Assembly (NCBI GenBank): GCA_012295275.1
Contig: CM022667.1
Span: 8,804,001-8,868,000 of the forward strand
Reading direction: 5' to 3'
Length of the DNA: 64,000 nucleotides
DNA from: Chrysomallon squamiferum
Taxonomy: Eukaryota; Animalia; Mollusca
Shown here: positions 42,418-56,700 of the stretch, one piece after another
Numbering within the stretch: the first letter of the stretch is position 1
How the letters are laid out: the number at the start of each line of letters is the position of its first letter
Made by a program: the position numbers and the translations under genes
Notes under the pieces: generated by a model
What the model was told of the DNA's origin: nothing
Database searches by the model: none
What the model saw: only the letters and a program-made list of their open reading frames with translations

Positions 42418-44273
42418 ATGTCTTCTGTTTCTGATGTCCATTTGTTGTCTGTCTGTCCTCATGATGGTTTGTCTGTTAGTTCAAATGAAAGAGTGTCACA
42501 AAACAGAGATATTTATCATGTGGTCCCAGTAGCAGATGTGTTTTATGAATCAGCTTCATCTCAAGGTAAGTCTTTTGCGTCTTCTGTTTTTCATACTGAT
42601 ATTTAAACTATTGTTTTACACATAAGTTATGCTTCTTTAGTGTTAATGAAATCTGTAAATCACATGTTCTTACATCAGAAAAAACATTCATAACATGATC
42701 TTGTTTTTATATTTTTCTAATTATCTAAATACATCTAGTTCAACACATTTATGAAACTCCATTTCTTAGTATACATTTTTATATTTGTAACAGACACTAC
42801 AAACTCTGATGGGGATCTCTCATCGTCTGATCCATCAATACAGCGATCCAGTCTGACAAGTGACAGCTCAGAAAAGAGTTTCCAGGAATCACTGGAAGAG
42901 TTGTTCAGTTCTATCCAGCCTGACTCTGTAGACACTACAACTGCTGGTAAGTCACAAACCTTGCTTTGCCAAATCAGTGTCATAATTAACATCATTAAAA
43001 TCAGAATTTTGTATTACAATTTGATTAAATTTATCATTCCTTAAGCTGCCTTTCTGGATAATATTAGTCGTATATCTAACAAAGTTGTTATATATGGTTA
43101 CAATATACTGTATAGTTAATTTATGGTATATTTCTTTTATAGTTAATATTATATTTGTATAATTGTTTCTAGATGAGTCAGCAGAACTAGCTACCGATAG
43201 TCGCTATGGTGATGCACTGATTTCCTTGACAACAGACTTTGATCATGATGACGATAACATTTCTGATGAGCACCAGTCATCACCACCATCTTCCTCTTCA
43301 CCTTTCAACAACATCGCCCACGACAACCCGCTGGCAAGTCACCCTTTCTTCTCTGACCTTCGAAACACTCTGGAGGCAGACTGCAACACCTCCATGTTGC
43401 CCAGCAAACTTTTTCATACCCTCGGAAACAACAACAGCAGCCACAACAGCAGTGGCCACAACAACATGCACCACATCATGGAGGAGCAGAGCCTGAAGAT
43501 ACGGCTGCAGCAGCTGGAAGCAGCAGATAACTCTGACGAGAAGGTGAAGGAGTTGTCTACCCTGTTTCAGTTTCATGTGGCCAGTATAGAGATGGAGAGG
43601 ATGAACTGTTTGGTCAGCCAGACGTCCACTCAGTACAGGGCGTGGCTCAACTCGTACTTTGACGGTCAGAAAAATCAGGTAAGCTCACAGCTCTTTTTAT
43701 GTAGATTTATATAAACGTATAGTTAAAATAACCACGTCTTGAAGAAGCATCATGATGACGATTTTGTTACTAATGGTATTAACAATGAAATAACAATATA
43801 CAAACATTATTTAGAAATATCTATATTTATCATGTAATATTCATAGAAAAGAATACAGACATCATGAATATTACATCTATCTATTAATTTTTTACTTTCA
43901 GGCAATGGACCGTGTTAAGCAAAGTCTTCGTGTTCTTGAAGAAAGTCGGTTGTGCAGTAAGAAGTCTTCTACATCCTGGCTTTCCAGTGTCCGGCACAGA
44001 CCGACACTGTCCAGAAAAGCCATTCAGATCATGGAGCAGTGGTACCAGTCCAATCTCCACCATCCGTATCCCTCGGCGACTGTTGTCGAGGCGATGACGC
44101 TGGCTGGCGGAATCAGTTCGGACCAGGTGAAGAAATGGTTTGGAAACAAGAGAAACAGGGGAGGTAACACCAGGTCACTGACAGAAATCGCCAGGAGAAA
44201 ACACAGACAACGACAGGGAGTGAAACGTCAGCGAAATGAGGAAATGATCGGAAACCTCGCTCAGTATTTATAA
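42418..44273 (+). CDS. Spiralian-type TALE-class homeobox protein (SPILE-like) with PADRE-like domain, ~392 aa, 4 exons
   Basis: Exons 42418-42565, 42794-42946, 43173-43678, 43902-44273 give 1179 nt in frame. Homeodomain RHRPTLSRKAIQIMEQWYQSNLHHPYPS...QVKKWFGNKRNR has the TALE PYP loop. The upstream helical block FQFHVASIEMER...YFDGQKNQAMDRVKQSLRVLEE resembles the PADRE domain. Confidence 0.85.
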
Positions 44274-44967
44274 ACGTAGTGATAGTTATCTGTTATGTAG
44301 TGCTACTGTTATATAATATGCTATACTGGAATGTGATATTTATCTTTAAAAAGTGCTATTGTTACGTTTTGTTAATGTTAAATATATTTTAAAAAATGTA
44401 CATGAAATTTATTTACATTGTTGTTGTTTTTGATGTATTGTGTGGCTATAATGTTAATTATTATGAAATAAAGATTAATTAACAATACTTGGCTGTTGTA
44501 TTGTTAGGTACTGTCATATTAATATATTATTTTGAATATATATATATATATATGCTTAATTAAATTAAACTCAGCCCCATATTTGGTTATTTGTGCTGAC
44601 AATGTAACAAAGTGCTATTTGTTGTAATAAATGTATTATTTTTGTTTAATAAACTAGTTTTGCAGATCTATAATGTTATTCTTGTTAGTAGAAAGAAATG
44701 ATTAAACAAATAGAGATGAAACATTTTGTAAGATTAGTTTTCTTACAAAATATAAATACATAAAATAGGTGGATTAAATAAAAATATGAATTATGTTGTT
44801 TGAAACGTTGCTTACAACGGCTAATGTATGTACTAGGCCACAATTGTAAATCATAGTTATTTGTATTCTTTTAGTATTTTCTTTTCAACTTTGATTATAT
44901 CAATTTATTTTTATTTTTATTTATTTATTTATTTATTTTTTTTTTAAAATTATTATACATTTTCTTT

Positions 44968-45385
44968 TGGGAGAGGGGAGAGGTATCCTTTTGTGTGATA
45001 GGATGTTAGTCTGAAGAGAGTTCCATTCATTTTTATTTTTCTCTTTTAATCCAGTAACATCTTGTCATTATTCGAAACAAAATTTGTAAAATTGATTATA
45101 TTAGGCTAATAAAATTGTTCAGAAATTAAAAGATAAAATGATTGGCCCATTTATACACAAAGATTTGTCGTGGAACTTATTCCAAACAAAAAATTATGTT
45201 AAGTTTAAAATAAGATCCACAAAGCTTATAAAGATGAAGAAGAAAAGATTAATAGTTATTAATCTGCACTGTCTGGAGATGATGGCAGAGGGAGCGAAGT
45301 GGAGAAACCACAACTCCCTCAAGAAAGAAAGAAAAAAAAAAGGTTTGAGAACTGCTAGTTTAAACAATTCGGACACTGTTGGTTC
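44968..45385 (+). repeat. Diverged dispersed repeat, second copy at ~50790-51130
   Basis: Shared colinear blocks: GGGAGAGGTA, ATGTTAGTCwGAAGAGAGTT, TCTTTTAATCCArTAA, GTTATTrATCTG, TTTGAGAACTGCTrGTTTArACAATTC. Confidence 0.6.
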
Positions 45386-46857
45386 TTCTTACCACGCTCG
45401 AGTCAAAATGTATCGGTTTCAAACATCGTCTTATCGTATCAAAAAAAGTTCAACATTTGAAATATGGTTTTCGTAATTATTTTATGTTTCTCCACTTCAT
45501 GTTCCGCTTCTCAATCGTCCACCTACTCACATCTTGTTTTTGTTGGGATTTGCACGTCAAAACTTCCCGTTTTGTATGTGTGTGTCTGTGTATTTAGGAG
45601 TATTCTTTTTCTTTCTTTATTTTTTCTTAAATATTTATTTATTTATTTATTTATTTATTTATTATTATTATTATTATTATTTTTTTTTTTTGGCGTGCTT
45701 GTGAATACTTATTTGTTGTGGATTTTATTCTGGTTATTATGGTGCATGTATCCGAAACAGCAAGTCATTTCTACATCACTCCGCTTTCTTCCCTGCTTTG
45801 GAAATTCTACCTCGTTTTTGAGAGTTAACGTTTCTTTCTTTGATACTGATTCTGTTTAGGTTTCCATAATGATAATTTCAAGCATGTCACTGAATTTGTA
45901 CAATTTTGTTTTTAAAGTTCCAGTTTTGAAGCAGTAACAAAGTTGATTTGCTGAATATTTAAATACTCAGCTTGTCTCCCTGGTAACAGCTTGTTAATCT
46001 TACCAATATGTAAATATGGTTCAGAATTGCAATAGAAGTTGTTCTTGATTGTTAAGTTTATATTTCTTCGTCTGCATCTCAAATAATCTCGTTTCTGTTG
46101 TCAAACAACATATTCCAAATTACGTCACACAATGGATTAAAATTACTTCCGTTTCTTCTATTGTGCTAAATTTAACGGGAATTTTTATTCATTTATTAGT
46201 AAACAGTTGGGAAACAAACCAAAAATAAAATAATAAAAATTCTAAAGATCTGTAATACGAAACACCATATTTGTTCATCAAGTGAGTGGTTTGAGGTTAA
46301 AATGTCTGCAGCATGACACTGTATCGTTGAAAGCCAAAGTCCTTAGTATTAATCGCAGTACGTTTCAACACAAAGTAGTAAGAAACTAATTTCCTCAAAA
46401 TACATTTTAATTTAGTTTAGTTACTGAGTCACACAAAAAATAAAAATAAAAAAGTTAAAAACGCACTGAACATGTGAAAAAACACATTTTGAACAAAATT
46501 CTAAAAATTTACATGATTGTTAAATTTTTATTTTATTTTATTTTATTTGTATATCTCTAGTACTTTTTACATACGTACAGATTAAAAATTAAGCCATGAG
46601 ACGTTAAAGCTGAATGGGGGATTTTTGCACATTGTGTAGAGATATACACACACATCTACAACACAAAATGATAAATAAAGAAAGACAACAGCAGTATTTT
46701 AATTGAAACTTTTATTCCAAAATTTTCACAAAGAATCCAAATATGATTTTTTAAATTATAAAAAAAAACGAAACTTCATATGTATGATACATTAACATAT
46801 GAAAAACATTTTATGTAAATTTAAAAATATTTGTGTAAAACAAATGGAATATTATGT

Positions 46858-46892
<35 letters not shown>

Positions 46893-47823
46893 ATTTACTT
46901 TTTTGAATTAAATTATTTTCTAAAATTGTATGCATAATTATGTTTCTGTATAATGGTTTCTTGTTTATTAATACTTATTATAACAAAATATTTTTATATT
47001 TCAGCTAATTAATAGCTAATAATGATTCAATGTGTATGTAAAAACCCTAAAAACATTTAAGAAAAGGAAAACAACATGTATATTTTAAAAATGAAATGTT
47101 AATACTACCTTCCTATGGATATAAATAAAAAACATAAAGTTACTGAAAGCACAATTTAATATATGTATGTATATTACAAAGATATTTTATCTTTTAAACA
47201 GACATCTTTTGTAATCTGTCAGTTTTAATGTCTACAATCGCTGATGTAATTACTGATGGTTTGCTCTGCTTCATTAAATACCAAGCAGTACTGTTAACAA
47301 TTAAAATTATGCTCTATTTTTTCTTAAATGATGGTTTTAATATTTATTTATTATTTTGTTCTTCATGTGGTATCAAATGTTCAAACATGTAGAACATATT
47401 TGAATAAATATAAAAGTTTATGACCCAGAAGACATCAGTTTGAAACTTCTTTTTGTTGTTTACAACAAAGCAGAACGTAAGTAATATGTGAATAAGTAGA
47501 GATGTTAACAAGAAGCACACCAATAAAACAAAAGTAAAGTAAAAATAGAATCTGTATGAAATGTACAAAAACATCTTTAGTCAAATCTGGTCCACTATCA
47601 TTTATTAAATCTCCTGTTAAAAAAATCCAAAAACTTTATTAATAATAATAATAAAATCTTAAAATAAAAAAATTAAAAATTTAAAAATTAAAACAAAACA
47701 TTAAAAAATAACAAAAAGAATAACTATTAGTTCAGTCTTAAAAATTACATAATAACATTATTCAACAGTCAGCATAATGTTATTTTTTATTATTATTATA
47801 ATTTTTTTTTTGGTTCTTATAAA

Positions 47824-50715
47824 TTAAATGTACATGAACAGCCTGACTGCATTTTGGTCCATTTTCTGTGCGACTTTGTCAATTCTCAGCAGTCGAACAC
47901 AATCTTGTTTTCCAGCGTTGAAGATCCTGTAGATCTGGTATGACTCTCCATGTTCGAGAGCAAACTGAATCTCGTTGGCGGAGATCTCAAACTGCTGCTT
48001 GGTGTCAAGTAGGGTGCTCTTCACCTCGACAAACACAGACCTCTCCACTTCGCCTTCAATCACAACGATTTCAAAGTCGTACGGACATCCGGACTCTCTG
48101 TCCTTGTTCACCCAGATGACCTGACTGATGTCCAGATTGACCTCCTTCTGCTGGAGCAGGTAGTCGTGGACAAGCTGTTCTCCCCACCGCCCAACTATCT
48201 GTGTCAGTGCACTGGTATCCTCAGCCTGCAGGGTGAGTTCCGGAATCTTCAGAGTCTCTCCTCTGCCAAGTTCCTCGTAAATCACCTCGCTCGCTGAGTC
48301 GGTCCAGATTGGGTCTCCTGAAACATTGCATAAAACTGTTAGTGTTTATTTCTTCATGTTTGATACTGTGACCAATCGGAACCATAGAAGAAATTTACTT
48401 TGATTATCTCTGATTACTGACATTTTACTAGGCTCATCTTTGAAACAGCAGAAGCTACAGAGATGGTGGTGATAACAAAATGAAGCTATGACAAAAGATG
48501 AAATCAATATTTCCATAACTAAATAACCCCAAAACAGCATTTTATTTACGCTTGTAGGAGAAATATGAAATTTGTTTAGTCAATACAAGTTTGCTGCATC
48601 ATAACACCTTCCTGACAAACTTTGATGATACAATCAGATTATATGTATTGTAACAGAAAGGTAAAATTTGTTTAATAAATGTTTGTATTGCATATATTCA
48701 CACTAACAGACTTCATCAACTCGTGATTAACTATTACTGCTCATTAACACACAAAAATAAACAAATAAACAAACAAATAAATATATTAAAAAAAATAAAA
48801 TAATAATAACAATAACAATAACAACAACAAAAACAACAACAACAATAACAGTAATAATAATTAATAATTTGTTGGGTTTTTTTTCAGATTTTTTTTTCAG
48901 GTTTTTTTCTTCCATTAGCAGAAATGTTAAATCTACAGACAGGACAACACACACCACACTGTTTGACTCAGACTGGACTGTTAAACAGTCATACAGACTG
49001 ATTCCCTGTGTGTCAGAAACAAGATGTCTGCTCACTGCGCTATACAGTCCACTGCAATTCAGAAAGTGAAAGTAAAAAAAAAAACAATTAAAAAAAATAA
49101 TAATAATCAAAAACAAAATTGTCTACCTCTCAAAACTGGTCGTTTAGGACTGGCTCCCATTTCAGTATCGTTTTCTGGAGGTCCACGTTTCTTTGAATCA
49201 GGGGTAGGGGTGTGTGCATCAGTGATCATAACACCATCACCTAACAACAGAGATTTTTAAAATCTTGTCAACTTCGGATCATATGGCAGACAGATAAAAG
49301 AAATGATTCTAATTTGAAATTAAGTGTTCCTGATAACAATAGAGTGCATTATTCCAACCATTACATGTCTTGCAAATAAAGAGAGAAGAAACCAGCTGCT
49401 GCCACACAGTCATCAATTATTACTTAGCAACAAGGAATCTTTTCTAAGCACCTACCGAGAGGTAGGAAGGTAAAGCAGATGATATGACTTCTTATAACAC
49501 ACACAGTCATTAACTGTACCTCTGTCATAGGTGTGTTGTACTCCGCCAGCCACACCCTCTGTACCTGATCCTGCTCCTGGCTGCTCACCACCCTCAGTGT
49601 CACCTGGCTGCTGGGTGGGTATTTTTGTCTGCGTGTCATCTTCTGGTTGACCGAGTTTTCGCTTACCTGTCAGTGGAGACAGAAATAAAAAACAATTTTA
49701 AAATTAAACTCAATTCAGTGTACCTGGGAAAATGAATAAAAGTTACATTTTTGTTGTGTATGGTAAAATTATGTTTTAATTTTACTACGTTACAGATTAT
49801 CAGCAAATAACAAACAAACAAAAACACAACAAAACAAATACCATACAAATTACATTTATGTTTTAATTCAGTACATTAGAGAATACTTTGGTTAAACACA
49901 CGCGCGAAAAAAGAGAAAGAATTACATATTTATTTTGTTTATTGTAAGAATTGTTTTAAAGAATTGTTTGGCTGCAATTAAATAAGTAAATTCAAACTAG
50001 AACTTCATTTAAAATATATTTTACTTTTAGTAGACCAGTAGAATTTACTCCGAACATGACTTAATTAACAGTGTAAATGCAGGTTTCAAAATTTACCATT
50101 TATCATTTTAAAAAAGTGTATTTTGTATTTACTCTTTAATTCATGAGTGTCTAAACACAAGACTTCAAAATTTCTGATTAAAGACGTATTTTATGAACAT
50201 TCATTTACTTTAAAGCTTTTTCCTGTTTTCTAAGTTTTCTAAGTTTTCAAACATTTGATAACTGAATCAAATACAAAAACTTTTTTCTTCTTGAGCATCA
50301 TTCCACAGAAACAGAATTTGTTTCAAAATTTGCAATTTCAATGTAAAAACGTATATTTTGTTCAACAGAATTGAAGATAAGTTGCCATAAAAAAGGCTAA
50401 AAATATTATTCACAACAGTCAAAGCTACTAAATATAAAAGAAATATTAGTATCTATAGATGAAATAAAATGAAGCAAATCATGCATAATATATATGTTAA
50501 CTAATAATTAAAATATGTATGTAAAAGTATTAGAAAACTTTCAAATGGTAGTTAAACTACTAATTAAAACATGTATGTACTAATATTAGAAAACTCAAAT
50601 AGTAGTTAACTAATAATCAAATATGTATGTACTAGTATTAAAAAACTCTCAAACAGAGGTTAACTAAAAATACTGACATTGTGATAAAGACCATAATTTT
50701 GGTTGTATCAATTTA

Positions 50716-50746
<31 letters not shown>

Positions 50747-53700
50747 TATTGTACATTATCTTTAAGGATTTTTAAAATTATGTTTGTTTTAGGAGGGAGA
50801 GGTAACAGTTAGTGTGTGACAATGTTAGTCAGAAGAGAGTTAGATCTGGTTTTAGATCTGCGGGTTTTAACACAACAGTAAAGAAAAACATCAATTTTTT
50901 TCTTTTAATCCAATAATATCTGCCTTTATACAGTTTAAATATAAAAAAAAAAAAAAAAAAACGTAGAAAATAAAATAAAAAATTATAAAAGTTATTGATC
51001 TGAACTTGATTTAAGGGAAGAGTCAGGCTGGAAATAATGCGATGGGGGGAAGAACCAACCAACTTAAAAAAATATATATATAAAAAACTTTGAGAACTGC
51101 TGGTTTAGACAATTCAGGCCATTGATGGATGTTATCTAAACTTCTTACTACTGCTGAGTCAGGCCACTCTACTTATGAAAAAAGGCAACTAGAAGCAGAA
51201 GCATGCACGTACGGTTTTCACCTGTGACCACATCTTCTCGGTTGCCATGACTACCAGACATGCCACTGTCTCCTGCTTCAGCTCCTTGTTTCTGACCTTC
51301 CTGTGAAGAGTGCTGATACATCCCTTGACCCGAAGAGCCTCTAGTTACCTCCCCTGAGGAAGCATGCTCACCAGAGGTCTCTCTCTCTATTCTGATGTGG
51401 CCAGGCAGATTGTCAAAGTCTTTCTTGTATTCGGGCGGCTTTGGAGGCGGCCACATCTGGCTGACTGGCGCCTTTTCACCATCTGCAACAACAGCAACAA
51501 CAACAACATGGTTTTAACAGACACTTTAAATTAGTCACAGTTTGTTGTTTCTGTAACAGTGAGAATAAACATGCCTACAAACAGCCCAAGTCAATATAAT
51601 AAATGAATTGAAAATGAATGCCAACAATACACGCAGTATAAAATGAATATTTGACACACACACACACACACACACATACAAGGACAAGATAAGAACATAA
51701 ATAGAAAAAAATAAATAAAAATAAAACCAAACCTTTTCTAGGACCAGGCAGAGTGGATGCCTGTGGAGGCCACTGTGTGAGGGCAGGTTTGTCTGCTGCT
51801 GCTGGAGTCTGAGAGTCAGTGGAGTGCGACCATCTTTCCTCTCTCACATCAACTGCAAGTCAAAAACACAGAGCATTTTTATCAGAGACACTGCACACAC
51901 AGAGACACACACACACAAACACATACTCACAAACACAGACAACACACACAGACACACATACAACACACCGAGACATACACAAACACACAAACGCAGACAA
52001 CACACACAGACACACATACAACACACAGAGACACATACACACAAACGCAGACACTCATACCTATATACACACACACATATACAACACACACAGAAACACA
52101 TACACACAAACACAGACATATACAACACACACAGGCATACACAGAGACACACACAACAGTTTAACAACCTGGAAATTGGGTGGGTTCTGTGTGTGGAGGG
52201 GGGAGCTCTACAGGTGGGGGCACTTCCCATACTGTCTCGTCCTCCTGAAGCTCATCAATGTCACGTCGTTCAAGTAGCTCACCGACTCCACGCTCATCAT
52301 CTACCACTGGTAACAGCTCTGACAAAAATGATCTGCAACAACAGTGACAACAGCAGTGTTAGCAAATTTTCGTTTTTTTTTTTTTTTTTTTTTTTCTGAG
52401 ACAAAGAACACGTAAAATATTTTAATTAAAAAATGTCTATCTAAAATGTGTTAATAAAAAAAACATCTATTTAAAATGTTTTAATAATAAAAAAAATATC
52501 TATTTAAAATGTTTTAATAAAAAAAAACACATATCTATTTAAAATGTTTTAATCAAAACATTAAACATTAAAAATATACATAAATAAAAAACAAATATAG
52601 TGAGAAGTAAAAAATGTAATGTGAGACTAAATTAAACTTAAATAATAAAAAAAAAAAAAAATATATATATATGTACTGAAGCTGAAATATGACAATGTGA
52701 AAAATAAAGTATCTGATTACCGTAACTGCTTCGTGCACTGTTCATTTCCACAGCTGAAGTATTTTGCAATCTCTCGGTTGATGTCAGGATATGATTCCAT
52801 GTGGCTTTTGTTAAAGTAAAATTTGTTTCCATCTATAATACACTTCTCTTGTCGGATCTCAGGATTAAAGTCTCTGCCTTTGAGGGAATAGGTAACTTCC
52901 AGTTTTGCAACCTTTGAAAAGAAAAGATGATATAACGAAGATCTTCAATCCCCCCCCCCCACAGACACACTGGTATCTGTATGGGTGTGTGTGTGAGTTT
53001 TTTTGTTTGTATGTGGGGTTGTGCACATCTGTGCACACTTGTTTGTATATGTGTCTGTGTGTATCTGGTTCTGTATGTTTGTTATGTATTCGGTTTCTAA
53101 CAAACGTATGTTGCACCTTTGTTTAAACTGATAAAAAAAATACAGTGAATCTACCTGCCAAAATGAAATTTCGGTCAGCCTCTGTGCAATGTTATACTCC
53201 TCAATTAGTGTCTGGTAGACATCAGAGAATTCAGACAGGAGAAATGTCTGTATAAATGGAGTGATTTTGTGCATGTATTTCTGTACTTCTGGACATGGTT
53301 CCATCATTTCAGTGACAAGGTTGGTCACAATGCAGTCACTCACATCAGAGATTGGAAACAGGTTCACAAATGCTAATGTCTTCTCAAGTTTCTTTGTCGC
53401 TTCTACAAACAAACAAAAATTATGAATATTTACAAACTCACTCACCTGCAATACTCATAAACCAATAGAGCAACAAAATCTTGGTGGTACAAATCTGATG
53501 AAAATTGTCTGTTTTGCTGTCTACACGAATTGGAAACCAAAGGACAAATAAAAATACAGAGGGAGAATAAAGGAAGAATAAAAAAGGTAGAAAATAGTAA
53601 ACTGGAACTTGCATCTATTTTGTTTTGGAATCCTTTTTTTTTTCTTTTCTAATTTTTTCTTTTTTTAATTATTACTCTGTGCTGCACATTATTGTATTTT

Positions 53701-56700
53701 TGTACACACTAGTAACATTCTTTTCACAGTTTTGCTAATCTGGATCAAACTAATCACATTTTAGATGTTAACCAATAACTAATACCTTTTTGTTGTGCTT
53801 TATGCATTTTTCCTTTCGGTGTTTTTTCAGTCAGCTGAAGAAAATGGACGTCAGGTTTGTCAATAAACAATGCCTCCAGCTCTTTGCTGTTTGAGAGCAT
53901 TGGCTTGTCATCCAGACTGACCCACAGATCCTTCTTAGTGGGCAGAAATGTTTGTTTCTTTAGCAGCTTCATTACTTTCTCTATCTCCTGTCTGTGGGAC
54001 ATCCTCTGAGCAGATTGTTCATCATGAGGATCCTGGCTCGTCACAGCATCACCAATAACTCTGAATAAGTTGAGGACATCACTGAGAACAGAGTCTTCGG
54101 AAGGCTGCTTCACTGATGTGATGTGGACAATGAGCTGAGCATACTCAGACAGAGATGGGAATCTCTGGACTCGAACGCCCCTAGTAAACATGTCCTCATA
54201 GTTGTAGTAGATCATTTTCACAATAAATTTGTTGGCCAGCGCCATGTGGCAGTCCTTCATGCTGTTGTGGTAGCTGATGAAGAGGCCGGTGGGATCATCC
54301 CACCAGAGTTCATCTCGTCCAAGCATCCTGCCAGAAACATACATTTCCGGTGTACTCTTGACATCTGGGATGAAGATGACTGAATGGTTGTGGAACAGAT
54401 CCTGCAGATCCTTTGGAACGAGGTTCTCATGCAGGTATTTGTAAATGTTCATGATGTGCATCAGGCTGGTTTGAAACACAGCTGGTGTGTCTGGCTCTGA
54501 TCTAGATCCTGCCTCAATCAGCAGTTCCTTCACAGTTGTAGCATCAATGCTGGACTTGATGCCAAGAAACAGAGCAAACGAATGGCTCACATCCTGCTCC
54601 AAATAGATGACCATGTGTCCGAGGATGTTTTGCAGAGTTGGGTGGTTTGCATACAGCACTGATGGCTGCATGACTGTTGATGCTCTGGTCATCTGCAGCT
54701 GACCTAGAGGGTTATTCTGCAAGGACAACTGGAAGGCAGGGACCCATTTTAATGTCCTCAAATGAATGCTGAAGGAAGAGTCTTCTGATGGTCTCAGAAC
54801 TGTGGAAGATTTGTCTCTGACCTGCACAGTGGCAAAAGCTGAGTACATCCTGTCCCAGTGTCGACTGAGAACTTCAAACAACACTCTCATCTGCATCTGC
54901 ATGGTGTCTGGATGAGAGTTGCGTGTCACGAGAGAGTGGAACTCTTCACAGGCAAAGTCCTCAATGTAGTAACCATCCTCAGTGTCAGGCCACATTACTT
55001 TCAGAGGTGCCCATGGAGAGTCATCCTGAAAGTTAAACAATCATCAAATCTGAATTTTATTTTTAAAAATGTTCACAGTTCTGCAAGTCAGCACAGATCT
55101 AGATGACATATGAAACATAAAAGTGACTATATATATTTACATAAAATAAATAAATGATAGTAAATATAGATTATGCAAATGTTTTCTAAAAATTCTGTCT
55201 GAATTGGAAACCATCTCTTTAAAATAAATAGTAATAACAATAATAATAAATAACTAAATAAATACAAAAAAAAAATAATAATAAAGAAAGAGAAAGAGAA
55301 AAAGAAAAGTACAAATTAAAAAATTAAAAAAAAAAAAATTAAAAATATTAAACTGTCATCAAAACAAGTGATTGTGACTAAAACCGAGGCTTCAGCTTAC
55401 CATGTCAGTTTTTGTGATGTGGACAGAGGCTGGTTTTACTGACAGGAAGTCCGTGACTCCGAGCTGAGAGAAGAAGTCTCTCCACTGCTTGATACTGGTC
55501 TGAGTGCAGCCTGCCAGGTACACTGCATCTAACAGCACCCAGTCGTAACCTGATCAGCAGCACGCAGTGAGACAGAGAAAACAGTTTGTAAGTTCAAAAA
55601 TAAAACTCAAAAAAATCAGTTATTCTGTTCAGGTAAAAGGAAGAGGAGAAAAGCAAAATCATGAATTGTGGATCTAAGTTAGTTTAAAATGTATAAAGTA
55701 AAATTACTGTAACGTCTGCTTCCAGTTCTACTACCTCTAATACAACTTCCACTATCTCTACTACTAAAATTTGTACTATCTCTATTACTGTAATTTCTAC
55801 TAACTCTATCAGTAATATTACTAGGTTTCTTGGTACTAGTTCTACTATCTCTATTACTACAACCTGTACTAGCTCTATTAGTACTACCTCTAGCTCTCTC
55901 AGTACCAGTTCTACTATCTCTATTACTACAATTTCTACCAGCTCGGTTACTACAACCTGTATAGCTCTACATCCACTCACACTCACACTCACAGACACAC
56001 TTCACCCGCACCCACCCACCCACACACCTGACACACAAAGCGCATATTATGTTAGGTTTTAAACTGACCAGGCAAATGCTGTGGCAGGTTGATTTCGTTT
56101 CCATACACTACAGTGAAGTGTACAGAGTCAGTCGCTGGGTTCTTTATCCCATGATTCGTGGCTACTCTGACCACGCCCTTCAGTTCAGACATGTTGATCA
56201 GGCTGGCGTTGCGATGTAGCTGTTCCTTGATGTAGATTACGTAACTTACGAGAGTTTCCCGACTCTTGTTCTGGAAAACACACAATTTTAAAACACCGAT
56301 TAGTTTTAAGTGAAGCAAATGATATTATCTTTGTTAATATTACTACTACTGCTGCTGCTGTTGCTACTACTACTACCAGTATTCCTGTTGCTGCTGCCAT
56401 TATTATTACTACAACTACTACTATTACTTCAGCTACTGCTACCACTACTATTAGTAATATTACTGCAAGTACTAATACTACTGTAACTATTACTATGACT
56501 ATTACTACAAAAACTACTACTACTACTATTATTATTATTATTATTATTATTATATAATTAAAATTTAAAACAATCATGCACTGATAAAGAGATGTTCATT
56601 TTAAATTTACAGTGTTTACCTGCCACTGCTCAGAGTTCAGTATGGGCAGAATGTGATGGTGGACAATGTCGAAGGGAGACAACTGCTTGACACCGGCTTG

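Noticed and set aside
43905-44273. Pbx/extradenticle ortholog
   Set aside because: WFGNKR is shared, but the rest of the homeodomain is highly divergent and PBC-A/B domains are absent.
51819-52399. His/Thr- and Cys/Val-rich ORFs
   Set aside because: Translations of degenerate (CA)n repeats in an intron.
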